A stretch of 64,000 bases of DNA from Laetmonice hystrix (Eukaryota). Positions 33,886 through 46,673 of the stretch are shown in pieces (positions within the stretch are counted from its first letter, which is position 1; every line of letters begins with the position of its first letter). The notes beneath the pieces are model-generated. The model did no database searches. It saw nothing but the letters and a program-made list of their open reading frames with translations, and was not told the DNA's origin. The position numbers were made by a program, and so were the translations under genes. The DNA lies in assembly GCA_965235115.1 (NCBI GenBank), contig OZ249440.1:33234001-33298000 (forward strand), in the 5' to 3' direction.

Positions 33886-36800
33886 ATGTCGATCACAACA
33901 ATGTTTGGCCGGGTTTGGGCGAGACATGTGGCGAGGACGGCGAGCCTGTCGAGAGGAGCTGGAGCGGGGCCGGCTGGGTCAGCCGTGACGGCGGCTGTGG
34001 GACGGCGGGAGGTCGGGGAGGGAAGCGGCGGCGGCGGCGGCGGCGGCGGCGGGGCCCACGGCCGGGGGAGACGGGAGCGCGGAGCTGGCACACGATGGGC
34101 ACTCGGGATGACTGCCGGCGGGGCCTCGCTGGCTACAGTGGCCGTGCTCGCTAAAGGTGAGTGTTACAGACATCCTGCAATCATTCTATGCCGAATTATA
34201 GCTCTCGACACAAACTTAAAAGGATCCACAAGGATTTATTTAAAAAAGAACAAGAATAATCAGGTAACACTATGACGCCTTACATAGTTTACATTCTCGA
34301 GATGAGTTGTGTTTCAACCCCCGCATCCTCCACAATAATATTAACATAGGCGCCGGAACCGGGGGGGGGGGCACGTTGCCCCCCCAGCTCCAAAGCTGGA
34401 GGGGCAAGCATATATAGTTTTGCGCCCCCCCCCCCCCCCCCCAGCTCAAAGGTGGCAGGAGATGCATGGTCAGACCGTCAGAGGGCTTAGATTTTGTTCT
34501 CAGATGCCAGGAAAACATATTTGGCACTTTAATTTTCAAATTTTTCTGCGGGACGGCTCCCAGACCCCCTCTCGAGGCTTCGCGCCTTCAGCGCTCGCAT
34601 CACCAGCATTTAAAATCGTGAAACTTCCCTATGATTTGGTCTTTGCCCCCACCCCCACCTGTGAATATCTTCCGGCGCCTATGATTAAACAATTAAATTA
34701 CTGGATGCATAGGCCGCAGAAGGGGGCAGGGGGAGACTACCCTCCCCATGCAATAATTCTATTGGGGCTTCCCAGCAATCCTATGGAGTTTGTAGATTTT
34801 GATGGCATATTATTAATTATCATAAATCTGTATCTGTATCTTTCTGATGCAACCAAGTTCCACTCAAGGCCTACCTCAAGCAACCCCCCCCCCCCCCCCC
34901 CCAATATTATCTGTTCCCCTGCTGCTGGGATGGTGCGACATTTGGGTCAACTTGAATGAAGCAACGCATCTTTGTTACTCAGAAAATTGATGAGCCAGAC
35001 TGGCCACCGTACTGGCGCCTTGTTTCCAGATGATGGTGGCGGGAGGGGCAGAGACATGACACTCTACTGGGGATCAGGCTCGCCGCCCTGCTGGAGGGTC
35101 ATGATTACTCTGGCGGAAAAACAGCTGCACAACTACAGGAGTGTGCTCCTGTCCATGGGGGACAGGGAGCACAAAACGGCCGACATGAAGAAACTCAATC
35201 CCCGACTCGAGGTCAGTGCCTGCTTGGTTCCCCTGCCCGCCGCTACGCTCTTTGGAGCTGATGGTCACACCCAGGATAGTAGCGGCGCAGGCTGTGGAGT
35301 GTACGGACAGATAATTATCTGGCGGCCGCCACATTCTGGTGGCCGCTGTATAATTATCTGGCAGCAATTATCTGGTAGCTGGAACGTAATTATCTGGCAG
35401 CCGGAACATAATTATCTGGAGGCTGGAACATAATTATCTGGCGGCCGGAACATAATTATCTGGCGGCCGGAACACAATTATCTGGCGGCCGCTACATAAT
35501 TATCTGGCGGCCACAACATAATTATCTGGCGGCTGCTACATAATTATCTGGCGGCAATTATCTGGCAGCCGCAACATAATCAGGCCTGTGTGTTTTAATA
35601 TAAAACCAGCACCCCAATGTTACATAGCCATAGACAGAAAAATCATGTAGAACCTTTACTAAAAACTTTATTTATACAAGGAGTCAAGGCCGAAAAATCT
35701 ACTCAACCTCTTCACTTTAGGCCTAATATCGAGCCACTCAGGCAGTGACTGACGTTATAGGCCTAGATCTAAAGCGGGTCCAGCGGCCTCTTTCCGAAAA
35801 CAGAGATTGGTGTGGCCCTCTTGTGGGCTTAAGATGCAGCAGGCCCGTCTCTCATGCTTTGTTGGTTCGTTTGTTTGTTTATTTCCAACATATAGAACCT
35901 GTACAGGTATCCAGTAGTGATGAAGAAGTTCATATATATATGAGAACTTATACATCATATGTAATATTTGGTTACTGAAATTTTACGATAACGTTACACA
36001 AGCGTGATACCGTGAAAGTCAATAGTCAAATAATAATAGTCATTAGCATTTATACCGAATAATAACAACAACGTTTTTACAAGTAATTATACAGTAATGT
36101 GATTAACGATGAGATGAGGATGATCAAAGACAAAGACTTCAGAAAATAATTTAGATTTCTTTTTTCCCCACCCCAATGATCCAGACCCCTCCAAGTGACC
36201 TGCATCCGGCTGGTCGGACCCGCAAACCGGCACCAAAACTTGCTGACCAGCGAGGACAGCCATAGGACCCGCCTGAATGATAAATCTAGGCCTAAAACGC
36301 CCAGGCCTACTGCTAGGCCTATCCTTCCTACTTTGTGTCGTTTGTTGAGGATAGTCTGTGGCTTGATCACACCTTTTTTTGGTTAAACATATATGAATTT
36401 ATTCAGTAGATACAACTCGGCTGACAGCCGCAGTTCAAGTTGCACACTGACACAGGACAAATAACACACATATACACATACATATACAAAATTACAAGAA
36501 GGTGGACATAATTTACAAGAAGGGTACACACATTATGAAACAAAGTCAAATAACATTGCATAATTCACATCCTATCTGTCCGTTAGGAAAACAGATATAT
36601 GCAAGTACATCAAGGTTAGAAATGGAGGCTAAACATTATCGCTAATATCAGTAAAAACTGACCAAAGATGTGATTTTAAAGAAGATTTAAAGCTTACAAA
36701 AACCCTACCTTAAAAAACCTTATACAATGTTATTCACCATTAGCAGAGGCGGATTTCAGGGGGGGGGGGCACACGGTGTGCACCCCCGTACTCTAAGAAT

Positions 36801-39800
36801 TTCGATCTTGTTTCCAGATGCCATGAAAATTTTTCTGGGGGAAGGCCTCCTGACCCCCAGCTCGAGGCTTCGCACCTTCAGCGCTCCCATGACCAAACAA
36901 CATACCTTAATGTACAAACATACCTTAATTGTTTTACTCGGGTCTCTTTTCTAAGCCAAATGAAAAACACCCATGGCTACACTGTGTATACTGGACATAA
37001 ATATTATGACATTTATGAGCCCAAGTTGTTTATATAGGTTCCAGTATTCAGGCATGGGGACCTCATTGTCAACGAGTCTCTTGCCATCTGTGACTATTTA
37101 GAGGTAAGTATCAAGATTATTAATGTCCTACAGGTAAATATTCGATGTGTAGGCCTACGCCTGCCGGGGAGGAGGGGGGGGGACGGGTGTCTGGCGAGGC
37201 TGTGGAATGGACGACTGCCGGGGGTGCATGGGGTGGGGTCCGGCGAGGCTGTGGAGTGTACGGCTGCCGGGGGGGGGGGGGGGGGGAGGGGTCCACCGAG
37301 GCCGTGGAGTGTAGCCTGCCGGAGGGCGAATTTATTTACTTTGATTTCGTCCAATCAAATTCGTCGTCACATCATAGGCGCCGAGTGGGACGCACGTGAC
37401 AGATAGCTGCTCTCAACTGTGTTAGAATATCATTATCCATATCCCTAACTAACCGTAAATCCCTAAGAGTTTAAAGGAAATCTGTCCTAAATCTGTCCGG
37501 CAGTACGGCTGCCGCGGGGGTGCGGGGATGGGGTCCAGCACGGCTGTGGAGTGTACAGCTGCCGGGGAGGTGGGGTGTCCAGCACGGCTGTGGAGTGTAC
37601 AGCTGCCGGGGGGGGGGGGGGGTGGGGTGTCCAGCGAGGCTGTGGAGTGTACGGCTGCCGGGGGCTGACACAGTCACCTCGTTTCAACCCCTAACGAGTC
37701 ACGGACCCCAAACTTTGATCCTCTGACGTCGTACACACCCTCCCACCTTCCTGGAATTTCCAGGAAACCCCCTCCAACCTTCCTGGATTTTCCAGGAAAC
37801 ACCCTCCAACCTTCCTGGATTTTCCCGGAAACACCCTCCCAACTTCCTGGATTTTCAAGGAAACGCCCTCCCAACTACTGAGGCCCCTACAGGCTAGGCT
37901 ACAACATGAATGGGGCATGTGACTGCAGTACTGGATTCCTATTGAATGATGTCTTCCAGCAAAATAGTGGATTATCTAATTAGCGCATAATTTAGAACCA
38001 ATTTAAGACCAAAGTAACACTAACCCAATGCAAGCTGGTGTCTTTAATTTGTTTAATTTTTTTCCCAGCAAGGACCTGCGAGTATGAGTCAGCAGTGGCC
38101 CGGGGGGCTAGTTTGCCTGGCGCCGAAACCCCAAGAGTGTAGTTGTCCGGGGGGGGGGGGGGGAGTTGACTGGGTGGCAGTTATCCTAGTTGCCAATAGT
38201 CCTGGCAGGATGGGAGTTTTCCGGGGGGCAATTGACCGGGGGCAGTTGTTTGGGTGGCAGTTGTCCTGATACGATTCCTCCCGGCATATACATATATACT
38301 GCATATATTCCAGTACGTCTTCTCGGGTCAAGGTCATCAATTACAGCCAACTAGAACTACATCGCCTGGACCTATTTTTATCTTCCTAGAAATTTTCTCA
38401 TTAGCAGTGACTTCATTGTCCTCACACACAAGCTGCAGTCGCTGTTAAACAGCTGACTACTCACAGCGGAGGTTCCTTGCCTCAATACAGGGTGAAAGGG
38501 CATCCTATGGCATTGGCCGTCATTGGTGCCTTCAGGCTGCCATCATGAAGTGATACGGGACATAGACGGCTGTAGATTCACTATGTAGTTGGTACCATGT
38601 TAGCCTACATACATCAGCAAGGGGAAGTAGTCCCTGCCATATAGTGGGTGAAATGGAATGCACACGGTGACAGTGCCAGCTGGGTGGCGTGCTAAAATGA
38701 TGATATTCGAGTTTCATAGCAATACCAAACACCATCTCAGTCTTTCAACAGTAGCACACTAAAAGACGCCACTTCTCCAGGCCAGTGTCCCCTGGCGCTT
38801 CCATCCCAGAACATGGACAATGATCATTTGAAATCGCTCATTTTTAGCGCCTCAGGTCACACATGTTTGAGGGAGTCCTAGTTCCCTGGAATTGTATACA
38901 TTGTACTGGGCAAATACATGAAACTAAATTTAAAACCACAATGACACTAACCCAAGCCACTTTATAATATGAAATACTGTGAATGTTTAATATGTTAAAT
39001 ATGTTAAAATATTGAGAATGAAGTGAAGGTGAAATTGAAAATGAATTTTTCCAGGTGCAGAATATCCAGGGTCAGATATCGAATGGTCTCATTATTTACA
39101 TGTGGTCGACAAAAGCCGAGGACAGAACACCTGTGAGTATAATTTGATTACATCTGGCAAAATTAGCTTCGTCAAGTTCAACTTGTATCCAAATCGTAAT
39201 ATCTTATTCCATAATGAAATCCAGAGATAGAATCCCCACGAGTGTATACGTGGCAAATAATGAAAGAAAGTACCAAACCGGCATGGTCCACATGCATTGT
39301 TAACTGAGAAACAGAAAATATGTTCTTTCAGAGTGAGCTTCAAGCCAAGAAGGACGCATTTCACAAAGAGCTTTCTCTTTGGGAGAGTTACATAAAACAG
39401 GTAAGAACCATTTAAAATGTGCCTTTAGGGAAGTACCTTTTAAAGTTAAACAGGCATTAAAGATATTAAAGATAATACTAAAATTCTAATTTTTTGTGTA
39501 TAACATAATCATGGTATAAACTTCAAACTATATCATTGAAAATGAGAGGTTTCCATTTAGGAGGAAATGGTGGGCAAAAACACTTAACATTGAATTCAAT
39601 AGAGAATATCGGTACTGTGCTCGGCCACCAGGGCCCAGTTTTTCAAACATTCTCAAGCTTTACTTAGGTAATTTGCTCAATATATGTACTCAACTCGTTC
39701 TCAACAACTCCGGAGCGTTTTTCGAAAAAATTCTCAAGCTGAGCAAACTTTCTTAATTCCTGAGAACACATGTTTAAGTTACGTCACTGATAACAAACGG

Positions 39801-42800
39801 CAACGTCACAATTAACAAACGGTGCTGACAAACGATGATGACGTTCGTTTCTTCGCACACAGATCTATTGTGACCCTGCAGTGACGTGACATTTTTGTTT
39901 ACACTGCCAGTTTTGACGGCATCTGCACGAGTGTGCTGCCTGCGGGTCATGCATTAGCATATGGTTAGGCAGAAACCTAGTCCTAGAGATTGTCCCAACA
40001 CGTCAAATGGACATAAAAACACGTAGGTACATGTAATCGAAATATTGATGTAGTCTTTTTGTTTCTTGTTTTATCCTGTGCATTGCTTGGAACTATGACT
40101 TACTCAAGTTGAGTAAACAGTTGAGCCAGCATCTCGGGTTTGCTCAAATTCGTCTACTTAAGTATTTACTTAAGTAAACCATAAAGTTTTGAAAAACGGC
40201 TTTTTACTCAACTTGAGTAAATGCTTGAGAATTTTTGAAAAACTGGGCCGTGGTGTTGTGACTGTTCCTACGCCTGTTTAACTTTAAAGCCTAAGTATCG
40301 CCCAATAAAGTCACAGAATCCTGTTAAATTATATGCTTTCCATTCTGGTCGGATGCATTTTTGGGGGCTAGATGCCTCCCATATGCATTATAGTTATAAG
40401 CACTATACTGTGGCTGCAGTAACATAAAATGGAAAGAACTAGTGGAAGCGATGAAACTGCCTTTAATATCAGCCATTTTAACCCTAGAGTGGACTTCTAA
40501 TGAAAGATCCACCAATAATGTAGTTCATTTTGAAAATAAATCTCAAGATCAAGATTATGTAACATTTATTAATTATTAAAATAGGGGTTAATTCGACTCC
40601 AAACACCGCACAATATCATCTCCCTAACGGCACAGCGTAATGTTACACTTCCCGCCCCCTTATGGGCCTGGTCCACTGGCCCTCCAGCCGGCCGGCTGAT
40701 TTGCTATGGTTGGCCGTGGTGGACAAAAATCAAGAATGCATCTCCCTGAAAACGACAGGCCGGCCAATCATTTAGGAATTTCCCCGTTATGATTGGCCGT
40801 AAAATCATAAATCGCGTTTGTGTTTGTGTTTTCGGTGAGATGCATTCTCTGCAGGTCAGACATTCCTGATGGCGGAAGGCAGTGTTGTTTTTGAGTGTTC
40901 TCGACAAGAAACGTGAAATGTGAATGTGACAGTGCATTTCGCCGCTGTCTGTTTACAATACATAATATATATTAAAGGGACTCGACACCAATAAGCCAAA
41001 AATTTCTGACCCAAAGATTTTCAGGCTACTTTCACATAAAATAAGTCTACATTTTTCGAGTATTTTGGTGCAAAGAAAATGGCGGGTCACCATATCGGAT
41101 CCTGAATTATGAGCATTTATAGATAGGCCTTCCACTCGCATTACAGTAGAGAGAGAAGCCCTCGTTTTTGAAAAGGGTTTCAGTAAATGTGATGTAATGT
41201 GCAGAATATTATTTCAATAGTCATGAAAACTGACAGTTTGGTTCCCAACAGCATTCTAAACAAGCACATATTTTTATATGTTTATTAAGTAAAGGTTTCT
41301 ACAATATATGTACACTATATCTTCTCGCAAATGGGACCCCTCTATATGGGAAAAGATACGTGAAATTTTTGGTTCGAATTAGAAGAGAGAAGATTTTTTT
41401 CAGACATTTCTAACCCAGAGATTCTGAAAATACTTCTCAGAATTGTTGCACGACTTGTTTTGAACACTTTAGATTAAAAAAAATCATATGTCACCATGGA
41501 AATTCATGAGATATCGACATATTCACTACCAAGCGTCTTATCGGTCCCATAGACTCCAATGTTAAAACACATAGTCAAGTACATTATCTTCAAAAAACTG
41601 TCATTTAAAGCTGGAATATCAAGAATATCACGGCCTAAGCCCTTCCTGACCTCCAATACAAAAATCTGCATTGCTGTGTTGTTGACAGCATGAGTGATGT
41701 AAAAAACGCGTTGCAACGGGTACAAATAGAGTTCGTCAATTGCCACGAGGTGGTACCACTGAGAAAAGTGACGCGTCTCTTTAAACCTAGGAAATATCCT
41801 CAGGACAGAAGGTGCATAGATGTTGACGAGGTAAGCATGAAACTAGGCCGAACTGGCTTCCCGGAACCCTCAACCAGGGTGCTATAATTCCTTTAAAGGT
41901 GCTATTCGTCTCCTACCGATACCATTGACCTGATAAACCTTCTATTAGTTTGTGTGCAGCATTTGAAACCTATCTCGGTGCGCACCGAGATAGAGCCATT
42001 TCCTATGGTGGGGCGTGTCAGGGTCTCCACAGGCCTTCTGAGAGAGCCCCATTTGTGCCGTTATCCATGAAAAATTTTGATTTCCTTTGTTGTGAATCTA
42101 TTTCCATGACAGGTGGGATCACATAAACGTCAACAAAATTAAAAATAAAAAAATTGAATTTTTGTTCACGAATAGCACCTTTAAAGGACTCCTTCAGCTG
42201 ACCTTATTGTCATACTTGACCTGCATCATTATATCAGCTTACCAACAAACAAACAATCAGACCAGTTCACCAATCATCATCAGGCAGTCAGAGGTATTGG
42301 GGGTTGTAAGGGTAGTGTGAGCATGACATTGTACGGTATGAGAGTTGTATCGGAGTCAGGATTGGGCTCTCACAACTGACAGCCAGACATATGATGTGAC
42401 CTATACAAAATGGCAGAAGACGGATTCCTCCTGCTTTTTGAGTGATAATTGGAAAGTGTGCACACAAATGCCATGTGACATTGGCTTGAGGCTGAGCTTA
42501 AAGTTACTACGTTTTTAAAACCTGTAATATCGACCCCCCTACCATATGAATCAGCGTAGTGTCACATGTAAAACTCAAATAAATTTAAGTGAGACCAATC
42601 AAATGTAATATGTGAACGTTCAGCTGAATCCATTGCAATCTAAAGGGCCGTATCCACTAAGCCGATTTTTCTTGCGACGTCCATGCGATTTTGATATCAC
42701 CCTTTTATTTTACTGTTATTTTGATATTAAAGGATGGAACCCATTTCCTTAAACAGGGAAGGCCACCCAGGAAAGATTTCAGCATTTAATTCCACCATTA

Positions 42801-45234
42801 AATCAAAAATCGCATGGCCTTCGCAATGGAAATCGGCTTAGTGGATAAGGCCCTTAATGCTCTATCTTCGAAACGCTTGGCCATTTTTGATAACTGTGTA
42901 CCTGGATTTCCCTGCCATGCGCGCCTGTTCAGCACCCAAGCCCGTTTTTCCCACGCTGAGTTTCAGCGCCTTTCAGCTGACGCTCGGAGTGTGGGGTTTC
43001 AAGGCCATCCCCGATCTATTTCAATGCCATGAGCACTGTCACAACGTTCTGTCCAACTCCTTCTTTCTCAGCTTTTTAGCTGATTCTGTTGCATACATCG
43101 ACTTTTGTCGCTTAAAAGCCCGTTTCCTCGGAGGCATATTTACAAAGCAAGCGTATTGTGTTGGGGCTAGAACGGCAGAGTTGCACCTCGACACTCGCTC
43201 CTCCTGGCGGCGACCGGAGGAAGCAGTAGGGGTTAGCCAGAGCAGCCATACCCCGTGTCCTCGACTGGCCTGCCACGGTTGCCCCTCCTGGCGGTGACCG
43301 AGGAAGGCGGTCGGGTCGACCGGCGGAGCTCGCCCCCCGTGTCCCTGACTGACCCGCCGCGCTCGCCCCTCCTGGCGGCGACCGGCGGAAGCAGTCGGGT
43401 CGACCGGAAGGACCACACCCCCCGTGTCCTCGACCGACCGCCGCGCTCGCCCCTCCTGGCGGTGACCGGCGGAAGCGGTCGGGTCGACCGGAAGGAGCAC
43501 ATCCCCCGTGTCCTCGACCGACCAAGCCACGCTCGCCCCTCCTGGTGGCGACTGGAGGAAACGGTCGAGTGGACTGGAGAAGCTCCAGAACCCCCCGTGT
43601 CCTCGGCCGACCCGCTGCACTTGCCCCTCCTGGCGGTGACCAGTGGAGGCTGCCGGTCCGTGTCCTCATGGGGACCTCAAGGACTCGCGCCTCCTGGTGG
43701 TCACCTATGGAGGTGGATGCAGCGGTGTTGAGCTGAGAGGGGGACGGGTGGGGACAAATCGACCTCCCAATAAAAGGGAGGGGAAAAGCAGGCAGTAGGT
43801 AGAATCCGACTGGAGCCCAGTCAGTATGCACCGGAGAAGGTAATGGTTACAAGGCAAGGCTGACAGTACGAACCATCAACTGGATTAAACTTGGATTCAT
43901 TATACAACAAACCTGGAGTCGAACTGAAGTATGTGGATGGGGTTGCGAGTGCTCGGTTAAAGCCCCAACACAGTATGATGATGATCACACAATATGGTGG
44001 AGCGATACCAGAAGTTAGCATCGGGTTCCCCAGGACCTGGGACTATTATGGGATGTTGTTCAACGTAATTTGCAGCACCCTTTTCGGAGAGCGAAGGCAA
44101 ATTCAAACTCCTCCTATTATCATGTTTTTGTTTCGGTCTGAATCAGAGTTAACAAAGATCATCGTACTGCAGTACTGCAGCCAGTGTGTCTTCATATATA
44201 TTTCAATAGGTCGCTATCGGTGACCGGTAAGTTTTTTATTTTCGAAGATACTTATGATGTAAGTTTAAGGAAGCATAAGGGGCGGAAAGTGTGATATTAC
44301 GGTCTGCTCGTTTAAGATGAAATTTCGGACAAAAATACACTAATGCCAGGTACAGTCCTCCCTCGCTATAGCGCACCCCGTTTTACCGCCACCCTCGCAT
44401 ATAACGCCAAAATGTATTTGCACAGAAATCCCAATGTGTTTTCCCCATATAGGTACCGCCAACCCTCGCTATCGCCATCCACTAGGCCTCTTCCATGTCC
44501 AAATATATTAAAACCTATTAGATTTGCCCTCGTTATACCGCCAGCGTGTAGGGCCAGTGCATATTATTAGGTCATTACGTGTTACGCAATGAACTTGGTG
44601 AGGCAGCAGTGTGGGCGGGAAGCAGGGTTTCATCACGTTTGAGGTCAGTTCAGTTCACAATCATGTCTGAGCATGGTTGGAGCGAATAATACCTAAACTT
44701 TAAAGGACTTTGTGATCAATTTTCCTTCTTACAGAGATGAAGTAAACTTCTTTTGTAATGCACAAGGTGTACGCAGGGTTGTACCTCAGGCTGGACCAAA
44801 TTGACCAGGCCCATGCCCATTAAAAAATACGGGGAACGGTGGTTGGCTGGGTGTACGTATGGTTCAAGATTGGCGTCCATGCACTCGTGTACATGCCTCT
44901 GTTTTTTTCACTTGACTTTTAGCCTTTTTCCCCTCTTGCATCTTTTAATTCTTTGGCTTTCGTTGATGGAGCATTGATGGACTTATTTTTTCCGTCTATT
45001 TCTCTGCAGGGTGACAGTAAGTGTCAAATGTTGGCCGGCTCCACGTTTAGCATGGCCGATGCTGCCTTCTTCCCGGTGCTAGCCCTGTTTGTACGGATGG
45101 GCCTACGACTGGCCCCGCGCTACCCCAACCTACAGGAGTACTACGACAGACTCTGCACACGTCCCTCTATCCAGGCCACCTGGCCACCCCACTGGAGGAA
45201 TTCGCCGCCCGGAAACATGCTGGAGGACGTTTGA
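33886..45234 (+). CDS. gstr: Rho-class glutathione S-transferase with N-terminal extension; exons 33886-34156, 35030-35211, 37038-37103, 38314-(end unclear), 39055-39132, 39332-39400, 45010-45234
   Basis: MTLYWGSGSPPCWRV, LNPR.EVPVF.HGD..VNESLAICDYLE, ELSLWE.Y, FSMAD..FFP..A...R.GL....YPNL..YY.....RPSI..TWPPHW. GT-AG junctions in phase. The 3' half of exon 4 was not found. Confidence 0.85.
34345..34683. mobile_element. MITE with 5-bp TSD in GST intron 1
   Basis: CATAGGCGCCGGAA...TTCCGGCGCCTATG flanked by ATTAA. Internal GCTTCGCGCCTTC.GCGCTCGC is shared, inverted, with the element at 13360. Confidence 0.85.
35310..35783 (+). repeat. 21-bp tandem repeat plus a dispersed repeat that represents the empty P-element site
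   Basis: (ACATAATTATCTGGCGGCCGC)n. 35540-35659 matches 21410-21539 and 35660-35783 matches 30313-30435. Confidence 0.9.
37150..37875. repeat. G-rich GGCTGTGGAGTGTACGGCTGCCGGGG repeats and a 31-bp tandem (37735-37875)
   Basis: Direct reading of the sequence. Confidence 0.75.
39444..40283. mobile_element. TTAA-flanked (Kolobok-like) MITE carrying a nested Harbinger-like MITE (~39632-40249)
   Basis: Outer TIR AGTTAAACAGGC with TTAA flanks. Inner TIR GGCCCAGTTTTTCAAA.ATTCTCAAGC. Confidence 0.7.
41897..42180. mobile_element. TTAA-flanked (Kolobok-like) MITE
   Basis: TTAA-AGGTGCTATTCGT...ACGAATAGCACCT-TTAA. Confidence 0.8.
42644..42854. mobile_element. Harbinger-type MITE
   Basis: TIR AGGGCC(G/T)TATCCACTAAGCCGATTT and 3-bp TSD TAA. 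Confidence 0.85.
43190..43705. repeat. GC-rich degenerate tandem repeat (~80-85-bp units)
   Basis: CCCCGTGTCCTCGACC...CGCTCGCCCCTCCTGGCGG(T/C)GACC recurs about six times. Confidence 0.85.
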
Positions 45235-45345
45235 GGGACGATCCTGAGGGATCACCCTGACACCACACTCAATCAGTGGTCAGGGAACGGCACAGAGGGA
45301 AACTGCAGCTTCTGGCCCATTATTCATAACCTTATTAAAGACTGT

Positions 45346-46673
45346 CACAGGAGCCCCGTCCGCTCGGGGGCGGGCTGTGTATATACTAATAAAAGACAAG
45401 GAATGAAACGTCTACGGCAAAGCGAAGCGGGTCCCTTCCGAATTAGTGCCCATAATACCTTAACAAATCATCATTTCTTCACAATTCCGTGGGTGAACAA
45501 AGAAAACATTCACTTCTTTATCATTATAATCATGAAAATAGAGATATCCTCTGTGAAAGCTCACAGTCAGCGACGCTAGACTGGTGTCAGCACCGCCATT
45601 AACCAAAACATGCTGACAGGTCAGCAGCGAACGCGAACTACGTGATTCATCACAGAGGCGCCACTAGCCAAAGAATTCGGCTCTGTGCTCTGTACAGAGC
45701 CAAAGGTCGCCGTTCAGAATTTCCGAGCGTACCCGGACAAATCCTCTGTTTTCCATGAAAAGCCCTCCCTTGTCGTTATTATGTTGATGAAATATTGATA
45801 AATAAACTCAAACTAACTTATCTCTCATATCTGCAAGCTGGAAAAGCACGATGCGACACAATAAAGACAGTCACATCTCTCAAACCGAGAAATTTCAATG
45901 CTCGTTGACCGGCGGAGAGATGATGCATTAAACGGGTGATCTAGACATGAATTTGACGTTGTACTATTAGAAACACTGCTTCAGGAACCCACACACCTAC
46001 TGTCGAGATAAATGGATGCCGGTGAGTTGATCAGTGCAAGCGGTGGTGGTCTGGCCTGGGTGTGGTCTGACCCGCCAGGAATTTAATTCGGCTGTCTGTA
46101 AGCCTTGCTGGCCCGGCGCAAGGCTTACTGCGTAGGCTAAGGCGCCACATGTATGATTTCCAGTCTAACCACAAGAGGACGCGATAGTATCCAAAGATAA
46201 CGTTATTGTTTTGATTTGTGTATCATCAGGTATCTGAAACAAGGTATTTCTCACAAGGAATAATTCCCAAATCAATAACAAAACCAGTTTTGCTTGTAGA
46301 TTATCTTCATTATATTTTATGAATTAAAGTCCTAATGTAAATATCCATTCAGTGCAGACCTGTCAGTATGTTTTGGGTAATGGCGGTGCTGACACCAGTT
46401 TAGCGTCGCTAGCTGTGAGCTTTCACGGAGGATATCTCTTCTTATGTAATGATATGGGTATTTTTATGATTATAATGTAATGATTTTCATGATTATAAGA
46501 AGTAGATGTTTTCTTTGTTCACCCGTGGAATTGTGAAGAAATGATGATTTGTTAAGGTATTATGGGCACTAATTCGGAAGGGACCCGCTTTGCTTTGCCG
46601 TAGACGTTTCATTCCTTGTCTTTTATTAGTATATACACAGCCCCCCCCCCCCCCAACGGACGAGGCTCCTGTG
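45346..46673. mobile_element. Non-autonomous DNA transposon with ~280-bp TIRs and CAC...GTG ends, just 3' of the GST stop
   Basis: 45346-45625 is the reverse complement of ~46357-46673 at high identity. Confidence 0.85.

Noticed and set aside
43039..43831. GC-rich ORFs of 158-239 aa in the last GST intron
   Set aside because: They coincide with a tandem repeat. The basic segment MPPRKRAFKRQK ends in stops; at most a decayed transposon gene.
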